The notes below the pieces were generated by a model. It was not told where the DNA came from. It did not search any database and was given only the letters and a program-made list of their open reading frames with translations. This document shows positions 53,911 to 64,000 of a stretch of DNA of 64,000 nt, piece by piece. The first letter of the stretch is position 1. The number at the start of each line of letters is the position of its first letter. A program made the position numbers and the translations under genes. The stretch comes from Octopus vulgaris (lineage: Eukaryota). The stretch spans positions 6,386,001-6,450,000 of the forward strand of contig OX597830.1 in NCBI GenBank assembly GCA_951406725.2. Direction: 5' to 3'.

Positions 53911-54464
53911 TAATTCTCACTAAACCAATGTTATGAAGATTCAGAATATCATGAACCGAACTCCAAATAGGAATATCCAAGACTTTGAGGCTCCCACAGG
54001 TCTCGCCAGTTCCGATTTCTATAATTGAAATGCATCAAAGATTTTATCCGAAATAGTTTGGCGGAAACCGAATATTGACTGCAAGACACCATTGTGTTAG
54101 CGTTCTAGTGAGTCATCTAATAAAGTAAATGGACCTCGATCGATTTCGACGATGATTATTCTGTCGTCTAATCCACACGAATTATAAACTCCTTTTCCTT
54201 TGAATTATGTGTGGTTAGGAAGAGATTGTCTCCCCCTATTTCCTTAACAGACGCCCAGGAACTGTTGAGATCGATGTCCTGGCAGTTGCAACGCGATAAC
54301 CTCAGAAAAAGAAAGAAATAAAACAGGAAAAAAAAATATGAATAGGACCAAAAATATTCCATAAGGATGACATCCTGGGAGACATGAATCATAGAGAAAG
54401 AAAGCGGGATTATAGTTGTTATTAGTTCGTTGATCATTGTCGAGGATGACCCAGAGCAGCGCAT

Positions 54465-54755
54465 TCGTTCCTTCTCGAGCCACGGCTGGCTCATAGGGCC
54501 GGTTTCCCGGTTTCCTTGGCGTATAGGTTCCCCACCGGACGGGATGCCAGTCCTTCGCAGGCGAGCTACAAGATGCAGGAGGAAAGAGTGAGAGAAAGTT
54601 GTGGCGAAAGAGTCAGCAGAAGTTCGCCATTGCCTTCTGCGTGGAGCTTAGGTGTTTCGCTCATAAATACATACATCGCTCGGTCTGAGATTCGAACTCG
54701 CGATTCCTCGACCGCGAGTCCGCTATTCTTACCACTAGGCCATGTACTTCCACAG
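54465..54755 (-). mobile_element. tRNA-derived SINE (head as in 39725-40110, different tail)
   Basis: Sense strand: gtggaagtacatggcctagtggtaag..ggactcgcggtcg..gagttcgaatctc. Confidence 0.75.
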
Positions 54756-54774
54756 AGCAGCGCATGTGAGAAAG

Positions 54775-55080
54775 TGTGTGTGTCCAGCTGTGTTCAATCA
54801 ATTCAATTCATAATTGGAAGGTTTTGTTGCAGATCAGTCGCTGGTGAGTTGCTTGGAATGAAGGCGAGAAGTTGGCTCTGGACTTGTACAGCTCACGCTG
54901 TCTTTGTGCTCCTGTAATCTTGTTCGGATCGTAGAAGGCGGCACCTCTGTTGAAGCAGCTTCAGCAGGGAGGGCGATAGAAGCGCATTAGCGATGACACG
55001 GTCGAAGAGAACAGGTTGAACGAGGGAGTTGGTTATTGGTCAGATGAGGCAGCTGGAGACTATTCAAGTCTGAAGAGTGA
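54775..55080 (-). mobile_element. RTE/BovB-like LINE C-terminal remnant
   Basis: Minus translation RGAAFYDPNKITGAQRQRELYKSRAN...LICNKTFQL*IELIEHSWTH resembles the basic helix plus decayed C2H2 end of RTE ORFs. Confidence 0.5.
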
Positions 55081-55325
55081 AAGCTTTTGGGAGAGAAAGT
55101 AAAAATGACAGGGGGAGAAAGAGAGAGAGGGAGAGAGAGAAGGAGAGGGAGAGAGGGAGAAAGAGACGGAGATGGAGAGAAAGAGGATACAGTTGTTATG
55201 TGGTCACTGGATTCTGGAGTGTGTTTGGGAGCGAGACTATGTCAATAGGTCGAGTGGACTTTTGTATAAATGTGATTTAAGATGTTTGTGTGTAGAACAG
55301 CAGTTCAGTCCCAGGAGGGAGCATA

Positions 55326-55535
55326 AGGCGCCGGCGTGAGTGTGTGGTAAGAAATTTGATTCCCAATTGCATACTTCTGGTTCAGTCTTACTGCGTGGCA
55401 CCCAGGCTGACAAGGGCTGACCAAGGCTTCGTCAGTGGATTTTGTAGACGGAAACGAAATGTATATCAGTGTGTGTGTTAGGCGGGGGTCTCTGTCTACG
55501 TGTGTGTGTGTGTGTATGTATGTGTTTGTGTGTAC

Positions 55536-55578
<43 letters not shown>

Positions 55579-55592
55579 CGTGCGTGTGTGTG

Positions 55593-55625
<33 letters not shown>

Positions 55626-55815
55626 TTGTCCCTCCACCGACTGACAAATGGTGTCGGCTCGCTTACTTCTCTGCAACTTAGCCGTTCGGCAAAAGGAAAT
55701 GATAATATAGTTCTTTAAAAACTAACTTCCACGGTCGATTTGTTCCACTAAAATTTCTCAGAGCCGCGCTCCAACATGGCCACAGTCTAATGACTAAAAC
55801 AAATAAGTGATAGAA
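55326..55815 (+). mobile_element. SINE family A with internal (GT)n
   Basis: ggcgccggcgtgagtgtgtggtaag...tail caacatggccacagtctaatgactaaaacaa. Confidence 0.8.
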
Positions 55816-56037
55816 GATATAGTACAGCTAAATTCATGTTTCATTTAATAAAAAGTTAAACTCCCAATTTCTCCCATTATACAACCGTTTCAAAATGGTT
55901 TCCAACACAGGGACGTAGGCATCCGCGCACACCGTTATGTATTCTTCGTAGATACACAGACACGTAAATTTAAGCTGAACTTTATTAATGGTCGCCATAT
56001 TGATGAGACAATTTATTGCATCTCTTTATTCCAACAA

Positions 56038-56473
56038 TCTCTCTCTATATATAAAGCTGAAGTTGTCTGTGTATGGCAGGTTTGGTAGCTTTCAACTAAC
56101 ACTATATCCTCCAAGACCCTGCGGCGCAAGTTGACCAAAATTGAGAGTATAATAGCAGAATTATCAGACCATGTTAACACCAGAAATTATTTACATCAAA
56201 AAGGTGCTTTTTTCTATGAAAATCCCTGATATTTTTACGATTTTATTACTGCTGTGTCGCCATTTTTCGGTGTATTTCAACCAGAAAAATGTTCAATTAA
56301 AGAGAATAACAAGCTACATAATGCAAAGTTTTTTACTTTTCAAAAATTGCAATTCTAAAGGGTCAAAACAAACCAGAGCAACGCCGGGCGATACCCCTAG
56401 TACAAAGCTAATGATGAGTCCTGGTAAAGTATTTGCAAATGTATGGAAAATCAACGCCGGGCGATACTACTAG
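56038..56473 (+). mobile_element. Non-autonomous Helitron with two 3' termini
   Basis: 5' TC at 56038. caacgccgggcgatacccCTAG|t at 56400 and a second caacgccgggcgatactaCTAG|t at 56473. Confidence 0.85.
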
Positions 56474-56788
56474 TTTCTTATAAAGCTGTAGGAGAACCGC
56501 CGTCATTGGCAGATCGGAGAGAAAGTAATTAAAGAAGAACAACGAGAGAAATAAAGAGAGAAAAGGAGATAGGGAGAAACCAGGAAAGAAAGACGGAAAG
56601 AAGAGGGGCTGAAAGAGATAAAGGTAAAGGGTAAAAAGCGAAAAACAGAAAGAAAGTTGGAAAGAAGGAAAATGGGAAAGTTGTACAAAAATCGAACCAG
56701 TAGTGGACTAGGGTTATAATTCTAAGTACAAAGAGGATAAGAGTTGGATAAACGATTAGATCTCAACTGGTAGAGTGACTGTGCAAGC

Positions 56789-58777
56789 CAGGCACGTAGC
56801 TACGGGGTAGGTTGGGGGGGGGGGGGGCTATGGGGTGCTCAGCACCCCTAGTTAGAATCTCAGCCCATCCACTTTTCAAATAATAATACATTGTCGCCAT
56901 ATCTAAAGCAATGTCTGAAGTCGCTAAAGATGCAATAAATTGAATTTCTTTTGATTTAGTTGTTAGTGATATGAAAACGTGGGTAAATTAGAGCTGATCA
57001 AAGTCTTTGTTGTAGCTGTAATTGTTGTCGCAGAATTAGCTGCTGACCCGGTCATTAACTGTGGGTTGAATTAAGGCGTGGATGATGCTGGGTCTGTTGT
57101 TGTTATTGTTGTTGTGGTGGTGCTCGTGGTGGCAACGGTGGTGCTGGTGATTGTCCTTATTGCTGTTGAAAAGTATGTGAAGAATTGTTGCTGTAGTTAG
57201 AGATTTATAGTAGTAAACGCATCACTACACACATATATACATGAACAGAGACGGGCATTAAAAAGTCATTTTATTTCTACTAGTCAAAGGGGATTATTAT
57301 TCGTGAAAAAAGGAACGAAATTTTTTGAAATTTCCCAAAATATACATTCAGAAAGTACTTTTCAGGTGAGAACATTCACTGACCATTTTTTTTTTTACTC
57401 TTTGAAAAAAGTTTATACTGAATGAAAAAACTAAACTGTTTGAACCGAAATGTCTTTCAAGTTTAATTTTAAAAAACATAAATGTTAAGAAATATCGGTG
57501 CCCAAAAATAATGAATCACTACCGAAAAAGAAAACTGAAGCAATCATTGCTGAATTTCCAATCTGATTCATCTAATAATGCTAAGCAGAAGAGAACTGCA
57601 AACGAAGTTTCGCAGTTCAAGGGAGGTCTTGCAAAATCTTTGACATCCTCATTGGATGATCTAGGACAAGTCGACTGCCAACCAGTGCAGCCAGTTCTAG
57701 CAAAGTTCGATCCAAAACTTTATGGAAATCAGAGACGTGACTTTTCGTCAAGCTGGTCAAGCTGGCCTTTTGTGGTTAGAGTATTCTCTTTCAAAGAAAG
57801 CCGTGTTTTGTTTTGATGTTGGCACTTTGATACTTCTGCTCAAGCTGATACGTGTTTTATTAAAAATGGATATTCTAATTGGCATCATGCAAAAGAAAAA
57901 AAAAACAAAGGTTTAAATAAGCACGCAAACTCTGCATCCCTTATCCAAGCTATGGTAACATGGAAGGAACGCCAACAGCGTTTATCCACAACAACTTCCG
58001 TGTCTTCAATCTTGCAAAATGATCAGTTGAAAAAAAACCGTTATTAAATCAGTTCCATTGTTGATATTGTTCATTTTCTTTGTGCAAACGAATTGCCTTT
58101 TCGAGGAAACGAAAATGAAGCTTTTCGGGATCTTTATTCGGAAGATGATACGTAGCCTTGTGTTCTTTTTATGAAATTATTCCAGTACACATTAGAGAAA
58201 GACTCAAAGCTAATGGAATGTTACGGCACGATTCCAAAAAAATGCGACCTCCACCTCGAAATCATCAAATTGTTGAGAAGACCCACTGTCAGCCTCGTGG
58301 TCGATGTCTATTTGAAACTATATAAAAATGATGTTTAAAGATTTGGCTGTTAACTCTAGCTTGTAGAAAGACCCTTTAGGCTTAACTATGGGCTTTTTTT
58401 TTTTTTTGCTTTTTTGTAGCTTCAGCTCAGAGCTTGTTGCTTGTTGAAAATCATAAAAAAATAATATTGGAGTCGATACATTCGACTAAAATTCTTCGAG
58501 GTGGTGCCCCAGCATGGCCTCATTTTAATGATTGCAACAAGTAAAATGAAATTAATACGAAATATATCAGATTTTGACCAGGTTAGACGTCAAGAAATGT
58601 GGAAAAAAATAAAAAGTAACAAAATACCGGAAAAAAAACAAAAAATAACCGAGAAATATAAGCATGGGGCTTTTGCCCACTTTCACACTTTAAGTTGGAG
58701 CTTTTGTCCGTACCCCTGTTCAGCACCCCAGCTATCAAGATAGCACCCCCAGTTGCAATCGGCTGGCTACGTGGCTG
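56789..58777 (+). mobile_element. hAT DNA transposon, internally deleted, with a 5' transposase remnant
   Basis: TIRs caggcacgtagct / ggctacgtggctg (11/13). Perfect 8-bp TSD GTGCAAGC (56781-56788, 58778-58785). 57511-58260 encodes RRDFSSSW..WLEYSLSKKAVFCF..GYSNW..GLNKH..IVDIVHFLCANELPFRG (TTF zinc finger / DUF4371-like). Confidence 0.93.
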
Positions 58778-58914
58778 GTGCAAGCGATGGAAGACCATAA
58801 GAGGTATCTACAGAACTACAATTTTAAAAGAGAGAAAAAGATTTTTCCAAGAGAATTAAATCAGCAGTTTTTAAAAAGAGTTATGTCCCTTATACGCCAT
58901 TATTTCGAATTTAT

Positions 58915-59315
58915 ACATGTTTTTCTATCCTGGGCACAAAGCACGGAATTTTGGAAGAAAGTATCAGTCGATTAGATCATCTTCAGTACGCAACCGGTAC
59001 TTAATTTATCGAACCTGAGAGGATGAAAGGCAAAATCGGCCTCGGCAGAATTTGAACTCAGAATGTTAAAAAACAGACGAAATGCCTATTTCTTTACTAC
59101 CCACTAGGGGCTAAACACAGAGAGGACAAACAAGGACAGACAAACAGATTAAGTAGATTATATCGAACCCCGTGCGTAACTGGTGCTTATTTAATCGACC
59201 ACGAAAGGATGAAAGGCAAAGTCGATCTCGGCGGAATTTGAACTCAGAACGTAACGGCACATGGAATATGGCTACGCATTTCGCCCGGCGTGCTAACGTC
59301 TCTGCCAAGCTCGCC
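58915..59315 (-). mobile_element. SINE family B dimer (tail fused into another copy)
   Basis: One head and two cores, with the junction gacgaaatgc|ctatttctttactacccac at 59085. Confidence 0.85.
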
Positions 59316-59490
59316 AACTTTGTAACTCATAAATATTCGTTTTTGCATTTGGTTTGCAAAACTCTTTATGTGAATTTGTGTGTTGAAGCATATTTTATTT
59401 TGTTTGGGTGAGTCAGTCTCTGTTGGTGCCTTATTACGTAACACACTCATCGGTTCGATAAGTAAATAAGTAAATGAGCGGAAATCGTAC

Positions 59491-59552
<62 letters not shown>

Positions 59553-59634
59553 AGTAAAAAGGCACTAAAAGAGACTGACTCTCCCCAGACACAATAACAT
59601 AAATATTATGTCATATAAATATTAGTTTCACATT

Positions 59635-60185
59635 ATCGTACAGGACCAGCAATTCCGGGGTGGAGTCAGTCAATTGCACCGACCCCGGTAATCAAATGGT
59701 ACTTATTTTATTGACCCCAAAATGATGTAATGCAAAGTCGACCTCAGCGGAATTTGAACTCCGAGCATAAAGCCAGACGAAATCCCGCTAAGCATTTTCG
59801 GCCCAGCACGCTAATGCTTCTGCCAGCTCAGCGCCCTGCACGTTATTTAAATACTGGTTTAAAATTTTAGCACAAGGCCTGCAATTTATGCGGAGGTGAC
59901 TAAGACAGTTACAACGACCCCCATTGCGCAACTGGTATGTATTCTTTCGACCACGAACAGCATAAAAGGTACAGACAAAGGGATTATGTCGATTAGATCG
60001 ACTCCAGTACGTAACTGGTACTTAATTTATCGACCCCGAAAGGATGAAAGGCAAAGGCGATCTCAGCAGAATTCGAGCCCAGAACGTAAAGTCAGGCGAA
60101 TAACCGCTAGGCATTTCGCCCGGCGTGCTAACGTTTCTACCAGCTCGCCGCCTTAGATGCGGTAACGATTCTGCCAGCTCGCTCC
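59635..60185 (-). mobile_element. Cluster of SINE family B copies
   Basis: Two near-complete copies plus one partial copy. Confidence 0.8.
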
Positions 60186-60350
60186 CCCCCACACACACAC
60201 ACACGTATATACAAGTCCATTAATCGTAGCACACGCACATATTGCTACAAATCCTAGTTTCACCACAGACCGTTAAAGTTCAACAGCAAACCAGCTCTGC
60301 TGTTCATCCTTCCGGGGTGGGTGAAAATATGTACCAGTCATGTGCTGGGG

Positions 60351-60492
60351 CAGGGGCGGACTGAGAGTATTAAGCGCCCTCGAGCATAACTGTTTACCGG
60401 TCCCCTTAGCATCGATTTAGTAGAGTGCGGGCCCGTCAGAGCTCCGGGCCCTCGGGCAGTGCCCGATCGACCGATGGCTCAGTCCGCCCCTT
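60351..60492. mobile_element. hAT-type MITE inserted in a SINE B remnant
   Basis: TIR caggggcggactgag / ctcagtccgcccctt (14/15). It interrupts gtaccagtcatgtgctgggg...aatcgactt. TSD only partly preserved. Confidence 0.75.
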
Positions 60493-61147
60493 GGGAGTGA
60501 CAAAATCGACTTAGGTGCCTGTCATGAAATTACTGACCTTGTGGCAAATTTTCAAACGAATATCACGTGGTTTGGATATAGCTGTTGTTGTTGTTCTTAT
60601 GTGCGTTGTTTACCTCTTGTTCAATACGTTTCTACCTGTTCCAAGAGTAAAGACACTCCAATCATGACCATCTCATGCTCTTGTACATGATCCGACTCTT
60701 CTTTGGAAAACGTTGAGGTCTAATTTAAGTGTAATACTTACGATCCTTTCAGACACACACACGCGCACACACACACACACACATACACACACACACACAG
60801 ACGCACACACACACACATTACTTTTGTCATTTCTCCTTCGCTCGTGTGAGAGGATGGAGTGCAGCCATGCTGGGCCATCGCCCTGAAGGGCTCAGTCAAG
60901 CATGTTAACCTCAGTGGTACTCATTCTATCGGCTGCTGATATTGAGTAGGGGCGTAAACAAACCAACAACGGCTGTCAAGCGTCATTGGGAGACGAAGAG
61001 AAACACAAAGACGCATATATAGATAATATATACATACAGGCATACGTACACATATGCTTACAAACATACAAACATACATATATACATACATACATACATG
61101 CATACATACATACATATATACATACATACATACATATACATATGTGT

Positions 61148-61520
61148 GTGAAGGCACTTTGGTTTGTAGTTAGGGCGTTGTACTTACTATCGCTACATCA
61201 TGGGTTCGATTCCTGCACCAGGCGGCGCGTTATGTTCTTGAGCAAAACACTTCATTTGACGTCTATATATATATATATATGTGTGTGCTTGTGTCTCTGT
61301 GTTTGTCCCCCGACCACCATCCCCACCACTACCACTACCATCGCTTGACAACCGATGATGGTGTGTGTTTACGTCCTCGTAAATTAGCAGTTCGGCAAAT
61401 AAGACCGATAGAATAAGTACTAGACTTACAAAGATTAAGTCCTGGGATCGATTTATTCGACTAAAGGCGGTGCTTCAGCATGGCCGCAGTCAAAATGACT
61501 GAAACAAGTTAAAGAATAAA
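61148..61520 (+). mobile_element. Chimeric or adjacent SINEs: family C head plus family A tail
   Basis: gtgaaggcac..gggttcgattcc..gttcttgagcaaaacactt, then (AT)n/(GT)n, then a well-preserved family A tail. Confidence 0.7.
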
Positions 61521-61537
61521 ATAATAATAATAATAAT

Positions 61538-61605
<68 letters not shown>

Positions 61606-61964
61606 ATGTTTTTCATCATGTGTGTCTGTGTGAGTGCGTATGTGTGTGTGCCAATTTGTGTCACTTTCTTCACACGCATCAACGGACAAATTCTCTTCCT
61701 CGAATGACGAATCGACCACCATTACCACCACCACCACCACCACCACCACCGCAGCAGCGCCACAGTGTCAACTGGCTGAACCAGTAAGAAGATGTGTAAT
61801 TGATATCATCGCTGTCTGAAGACAACACTGTAACCTAAGTCTGTCTGTTCTCACTTAACGGTCAGAATAATGATGATGATGATGGTGATGATCACCACGA
61901 CGAAGACGATGAGTTTATTTCGTTTCTAATTAGCTTCTATGACGGCTGAGGACATAGAGAGAGA

Positions 61965-62010
<46 letters not shown>

Positions 62011-62150
62011 GAGAGAGAAAGAGTGATTATGTGTGTGTTTATGTGTGAGAGACAGGCAGACAGACAGACAAAGAAACCTATACGTGTTTCAGCTAAAAAT
62101 CAGCCGCATTAACCTCTATAGTATGGGAGAATATAGTCATACACGGAGTC

Positions 62151-62181
<31 letters not shown>

Positions 62182-62386
62182 CTTCTTCTTCTTCTTCTTC
62201 TTCTTCTTCTTCTTCTTCTTCTTCTTCTTCTTCTTCTTCTTCTTCTTCTTCTTCTTCTTCTTCTTCTTCTTCTTCTTCTTCTTCTTCTTCTTCTTCTTCT
62301 TCATCTCTTCTTCTTCTTCTTCTTCTTCTTCTTCTTCTTCTTCTTCTTCTTCTTCTTCTTCTTCTTCTTCTTCTTCTTCTTCTTCT
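62151..62386. repeat. Long (TTC)n microsatellite with one interruption
   Basis: Seen directly. Confidence 0.98.
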
Positions 62387-62670
62387 CCTTTATATATCTT
62401 ATATTCTCGAGTAAAAGTCGATCTCATGTAAAAGTCAACCCCCTATTTTTGCCCCCAAAATTGGAAATTTTCCATAGACCCCCGTATAAAAGTCAATCCT
62501 AGTATTTCACGAACAACAGAACAACATTTGTGGGTCAGGGTACCGTATTATCCTGTACGTAAAAATAACACTGTTACAAAATTGTGGGGCTACCTTACTG
62601 TAGACTGCTCGGTGCTTATAGTAAAACACCATTTAATAGCGAGCTCTGCACATCTGCTTATGGGTGCAAC

Positions 62671-63086
62671 GAGGGCTGGATTAAGACCCATCGAGGCCCT
62701 AAGCACTTAAGAGATTTTGGTGCCCCTATAAAAGATTATGTAATTCATAATATAAACAATAACAAACGATAAAATGATTTTTTTTTCGAACGAAACAAAA
62801 CAGAGGGAAAATAATGTTTATTCTTGTCTACTTCCACTTTATTTATATTTGAAAAGGTTCTTCCTTCTTTTTTGAATTGCAGTCTTTGATCAGATTCTGA
62901 AAATTAGTCACAGGTAACACATCTTCGTCTATACTTAGTAGAGATAAAGGCATCCCGCATATTATTTTAGCAAGTTTAGAGTGATTTCTTTTGTGCCGTA
63001 AGCCATTTACCATTCCTGTGGTGGCCCCTCCTTCCCTTGATGCCCTAAGCACATGCTTATTTTGCTTAATGGTTAAGCCAACGCTG
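62671..63086 (-). mobile_element. Non-autonomous hAT element with a dimerisation-domain remnant
   Basis: Degenerate TIRs gagggctggattaa / ttaagccaacgctg, degenerate 8-bp TSD ggtgcaac/ggagctac, minus translation LSLLSIDEDVLPVTNFQNLIKDCNSKK. Confidence 0.7.
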
Positions 63087-63199
63087 GGAGCTACATCATC
63101 ATTGCTAAAATATATGCACAAGTTATACTGCAAGCATATTTCTATTTCATTTCTGCTACCCCGATTTCATTTGCAGAACTTAATTTCTTAAGAACAAAC

Positions 63200-63445
63200 A
63201 GAAGCCTGTTTCCAAACGTCTTACAGGGTCTCTTCCCAAGATACTTATCATCCAAGTACCACTCTCAAAATCCTCGCTGTCCTCAATAGGGCTGTTTTCT
63301 GAGCATCTGCTACCTCATGTCAATCCCAAAGTCTCCTACATATTTGTCAAACCTGGTTGTTAATGATCCCAGAGTCCCTACAAATATCAAGATGACAGTA
63401 ATATAGATATAGAACTGCATCAAACTCTCTCATGCACCAAATGTC
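63200..63445 (-). mobile_element. RLE-clade (R4/Dong-like) retrotransposon extreme C-terminus
   Basis: Minus translation VILIFVGTLGSLTTRFDKYVGDFGIDM..AQKTALLRTARILRVVLG* matches the VIGALG...QKxALLGTARILRKVL end motif. Confidence 0.75.
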
Positions 63446-64000
63446 AATTGCTAAACAGCATTCGTGAAGCAAAATCATGTAGCAACACCAAATGGCGGTG
63501 CCCCAGCATGGCCACAGCTCGTGAGCTGAAACTAGATAAATGAAAATAATAATATATATATATATATATATATGTCTTCAACAGTAATAACTCTTTGCTA
63601 GAGTTGGCCATGGTGTCCCATCTATGACTGAGGTGTGAATCACGGTCTAAAGACTTCACCAGGTGGCGCTATTAAGTCAGACATGGCCTGGGCCTTTACT
63701 GTCCGACACCTATCTAAGTTATCAATAGAATACCCGGAAAATATTACCTAAATCATCCCCAAGCAACATTAGTTCTGATAAGGTGCCATTGATGTAACCC
63801 TAGCCTTGATCAGGCTGGCTCTCAACGGCCTCTGTTTAGCCCTTCTGCCGCCAGGGAAAGTTTAAAAAATCGCAACAGAACATACGAAACCATTAACACG
63901 ACCTCGGTCGGTTTCAATGTCAGACAACGTCGGCGACACACAGTCCCGTCGCTCCCACCCTCCCAAGTACCCCCCCCATCCTTAACCGTACCGTTGTTTG

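Noticed and set aside
62400-62630. Tc2/pogo-like terminal motifs (taaaagtcga repeats, taccgtatt)
   Set aside because: No matching opposite TIR or transposase, so it is too fragmentary to call.

Overview
This is an AT-rich animal intron or intergenic region saturated with microsatellites ((AT)n, (GT)n, (ATAC)n, (GATA)n, (TAA)n, (TTC)n). The SINE families and repeat landscape most resemble an octopod cephalopod genome (inference from recall, not a search). No intact host gene, rRNA, true tRNA gene or CRISPR array can be supported, and nearly all ORF-track entries are microsatellite read-throughs. The content is nested transposable elements: decayed R4/Dong-type RLE retrotransposons, RTE, I-group and L1/Tx1 LINE pieces, Penelope-like remnants, three DD37D (maT) mariners, hAT elements (one with a perfect 8-bp TSD), three non-autonomous Helitrons, three tRNA-derived SINE families and several foldbacks. 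Four observations stand out. (1) Five full-length copies of a ~556-bp non-coding element occur only inside (TAA)n tracts, twice as an A/B dimer, alongside Dong/R4-like elements that also abut (TAA)n. (2) About 11 minimal type-I hammerhead ribozyme motifs are present, two of them forming a near-perfect 285-bp palindrome. (3) An apparent tRNA-headed SINE carries a hammerhead tail. (4) One SINE's tail repeatedly joins the same site in its own family. Coordinates were read by eye, and the ends of decayed elements are approximate.
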